Below, piece by piece: positions 60,581 to 64,000 of a DNA stretch of 64,000 bases (the stretch's first letter is position 1; every line of letters begins with the position of its first letter). The stretch is taken from positions 62,001 to 126,000 of the forward strand of contig NIVC01001666.1 in NCBI GenBank assembly GCA_002269645.1. Direction: 5' to 3'. The position numbers and the translations under genes were made by a program. This DNA is from Macrostomum lignano (lineage: Eukaryota). Under the pieces are notes generated by a model, which saw nothing but the letters and a program-made list of their open reading frames with translations, had not been told where the DNA came from and did no database searches.

Positions 60581-61009
60581 CCTGCAATTATAGACTTGTA
60601 TAAAAACATTTATTTTCAATTGAAATAATTGAAGAAAAAATCCTATTCAATATTTAAACATAGAAAATATTAATTCAATGCATCTCTAATAAAAATTTCA
60701 AGTCATTCGATTTTGTATTTAATAAGGCTAACAACAATCCAAATCGGTTGATATCACTAACAGAAAGAATCGGCACAGTGCACAAAACATGCAAAAAAAG
60801 TTTTTAATCAGCTCACTATCGAAGGAAATTAGCAAAATTATTAACGAAATAAAATGATAAAAAAACCTATTCATTTCACAGCATATGATTATTTTATCAT
60901 GAGGTGACAGCCTGTCATAAAATTTTGGGATGGGACAGCTCACTGGCACTTTGTGGGGGGCGAAACAAGCATAGGGACACCGCGGAACAGGAACAGGTTG
61001 GGCAGAAGG

Positions 61010-61230
61010 GTCATCTGCCCCCTGGCATTGAGATGGGGGGCACTGACCCCCCACTGACATGTGATATAATTGCTTCACTGCAATGACTGAGCTATCCAGG
61101 GGAGGTCAAGGGAGTCATCTGCCCCCTGGCATTGAGATGGGGGGCACTGACCCCCCACTGACATGTGATATAATTGCTTCACTGCAATGACTGAGCTATC
61201 CAGGGGAGGTCAAGGGAGTCATCTGCCCCC
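61010..61230. repeat. 104-bp tandem duplication downstream of the CROT stop
   Basis: tcatctgccccc recurs at 61011, 61115 and 61219. Confidence 0.92.
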
Positions 61231-61311
61231 TTTCCTTAGTGAAACGGGGGGTGAGGATGTTTCCTGGGAAAAACTAATCTGCTTTAAGCTTGAAAGCATG
61301 TTCACCGGTAG

Positions 61312-64000
61312 TTACAGCCTGGCGGCAGCGGCGGACGCCACAATTCGTCGAATATCGCGAAGGCCGTCGTCCAGACAGTCGGCCAGTCTGCTCACGGAGG
61401 TGTCAGGGTCGGCGGCCCATCTGGTGAGGTTGAAGAGCACCTTGGCTGGTCCAATGCGATAGAACACTCCGTACCCATCCGGGCACATGGGAGCCACGCA
61501 GCCCACGGCCGTAACGGAGCCCAGGTAGCTGGTGCTCAGCACGAAATTGCCGTTGCCACCGGATTTGGAGTAGGCCGGATCGGTGAATAATGAAGGCAGC
61601 GGGCCGCCCGACTCCATGGCAAGCAATTGAAGGCCGAGCAGGTGACGGTCGCAACCGCGGGCAGCTTCACATCTGGTGGGGGAATGTCGGTGTTAAGCAT
61701 ATGTACATTGTGGTCTACATTGTGTACATTGTGGTGTACATTTTAGCATATATTGTGATGTACATTGTGGTGTAAAGTTTAGCGGATATTGTGATGTGCA
61801 TTGTGGTGTACATTTTAGCGTAGATTGTGATGTACATTGTGGTGTAAATTTTAGCGTATATTGTGATGTACATTGTGGTGTACATTTTAGCGTATATTGT
61901 GATGTATATTGTGGTGTACATCGTTTTTTACATTGTGGTGTACATTTTAGCGTATATTGTGCCGTACATTGTAGCGTATATCCTGGTTTAGATTGTGGCG
62001 TACATGCTGGTATGCATTTTGTAAATTGTGGTGTACTTTGTGTACATTTCGGTGTACATTGTAATTTGCATTTAGTCCCATATTTTAGATTCTCAGTTTT
62101 ATATGTGCAAATAGTTGAGCAAAGTTAGAAACTTGAGCTGCACAATTATTAAAACACATTGATTGCGTGCAAAGTGTACAGAAGTCTAAACTACAAGGTT
62201 CCAGTACATTAAAAAAGTACATTAGGTAAGCATACTCTTGAAATTCACACCGTTTAAAAAGCGGCTAAAACGTACACAGAGCTAAAAGCACATCACTTAA
62301 AGTACATCCAGAAAGTACATTCATAAAGTACAGCCAGAAAGTATACTCATTATAGTACATTCATTAAAGTACACCCACAAGTATATTCATTATAGTAAAT
62401 TCATTAAAATACAGCCAGAAAGTATACTCATTATAGTACATTCACTAAAGTACAGCCTGAAAGTATACTCATTATAGTACATTCACTAAAGTACATCCAG
62501 AAAGTATATTCATTAAAAGTGCATCCGATTAAACGCGAAAATTTAAACTTCGCATCACTGCAAAAACTAAAGCTCCTTAACCCCCTTCCCCAGAAATCTC
62601 GCAGCCCACTAGCACACCTGGCTCTTAGCTCGTTGTGCCGATCGTGCGCCGCCAAGATGGCCGTCCGCGCCTCCGCCGTGGCCGCACCGCCGGCCGCTGT
62701 CACAGCCCGGCACATGGCCACCGCCTCCGCCGTGCATGACCGAATGGTCTCGGTGCGACCCCGATGAAACTGCCTGGTAGTGGCCGTCTGGTAGGTCGGC
62801 GCTGGCCTGCCGCCGTGGGCGCGCCAATAGGCCAGCTGCAGAGCCAGCTGCACCACCGTGTCCGGGTGCAGCCGCAGTCTGCGCAACTCCGACCGGCCGA
62901 AATCGTTGAACTCGTGCGGCAGAGCGTCCAGACTGGCTCGTTGCGACGCGTTCTCGGCCAGCCCTCTGGACGACTCGACCATGAGATGGTTGTCAAGGAT
63001 TAAGCGAAGCTCGACTGGCACTGCCGGTGGGCCCGAGGCCGCCTCGCTGCTGTGGTGCCGCTCACATGGGTCCTCAGGGCCGCCCTCGATTCGGCCCTGC
63101 GCGGGTGGGCGAGGTGCAATTTGTACATGATCTAATCTGTACATGATCTAATCTGCACATGATTGAATCTGTACATGATCTAAACTGTACATGATCGAAT
63201 TCGTACATGATTGAATCTGTACATGATCGAATTATTACATGATCGAATCTGTACATGATTGAGTTTGTACATTATTGAATCTGTACATGATCGAATTTAT
63301 ACATGACATAAACTATACATACCCTAAACTATACATGACCTAAACTATACATACCCTAAACTATACATGACCTAAACTATACATGACCTAAACTATACAC
63401 GACCTAGACTATACATGACCTAGACTATACATGACCTAGACTATACATGACCTAGACTATACATGACCTAGACTATACATGACCTAAACTATACATACCC
63501 TAAACTATACATGACCTAAACTATACATGACCTAAACTATACACGACCTAGACTATACATGACCTAGACTATACATGACCTAGACTATACATGACCTAGA
63601 CTATACATGACCTAAACTATACATGACCTAAACTATACATACCCTAAACTATACATGACCTAAACCATACATGACCTAAACTATACACGACCTAGACTAT
63701 ACATGACCTAAACTATGCATGACCTAAACTATACATGACTTAAACTATACACAACCTAGACTATGCATGACCTAAACTATACACAACTTGCACAGTCTAA
63801 ACTGTAAATTTTGACATCAACAATAGCAAGCAGCCTCACCTGAGTCTTATAGATCTGGCCTTCAACATAGTAGGTCATCAGCGCGATAGTCATCCCGTCC
63901 ATAGGCGTGTGGCCGCAGTTATTCAGCCACACGCCATCACCGGTGACCATCAGGTTGCAGGACTTATCCGGCACCACAGATTGAATATCTCCGGTCAGGG
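61312..64000 (-). CDS. CROT: Carnitine O-octanoyltransferase-like (peroxisomal), 5' part beyond the right edge
   Basis: Join >64000-63840, 63096-62618, 61672-61312. CGHTPMDG (catalytic His), HPDTVVQLALQLAY, TATTRQFHRGRTETIRSCT, GCDRHLLGL, SGGNGNFVLSTS (CROT-type motif), DGYGVFY; C-terminal ARL PTS1. Confidence 0.88.
61700..62520. repeat. Two degenerate AT-rich repeats (tgtacattgtgg-type; aaagtatactcattatagtac-type), last CROT intron
   Basis: Tandem copies. Confidence 0.85.
63120..63790. repeat. Minisatellites ~16 bp (tgtacatgatcgaatc; gacctaaactatacat), CROT intron
   Basis: Tandem copies. Confidence 0.93.

Noticed and set aside
61080-61205. GGATAGCTCAGTC (tRNA A-box-like) on the minus strand in the 104-bp duplication
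   Set aside because: No B box or cloverleaf follows.

Overview
Eukaryotic (invertebrate animal) genomic DNA; no prokaryotic features or CRISPR arrays. GC3-rich exons, minisatellite-filled introns and the gene set suggest a free-living flatworm such as Macrostomum (inference from style only). Four spliced protein-coding genes all lie on the minus strand. (1) A macroglobulin complement-related (Mcr/TEP6-like) gene, ATG at 8746, runs off the left edge; it has an LDL-receptor class A module and a dead thioester (GSGES). (2) eIF5 (14747-10822) has two poor-context uORFs in its predicted leader and two tandem SNORD66-like C/D snoRNAs in intron 2. (3) A very large phospholipase C epsilon gene (stop at 23989) has a reading frame I could assemble by hand through 27 phase-compatible exons from 50007 (about 3,320 codons). 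Its long N-terminal extension (helical/ARM-like, REM, FERM F2-F3) precedes the usual CDC25-PH-EF-X-Y-C2-RA-RA core, and an upstream ankyrin exon (52560-53654) probably belongs to it. (4) The 3' part of a peroxisomal carnitine O-octanoyltransferase-like gene ends in PTS1 ARL. Between eIF5 and PLC lies a transposon pile: a 1.84-kb foldback element; a 4.0-kb hAT containing a solo LTR, a second hAT with a coiled-coil gene fragment, a Tigger-like MITE and a CpG-decayed LTR copy; and an intact sister solo LTR outside it. A Crypton relic and a tRNA-derived SINE sit in one PLC intron. Most long ORFs in the track are repeat artefacts. All exon and element boundaries were read by eye and need RNA-seq or software confirmation.
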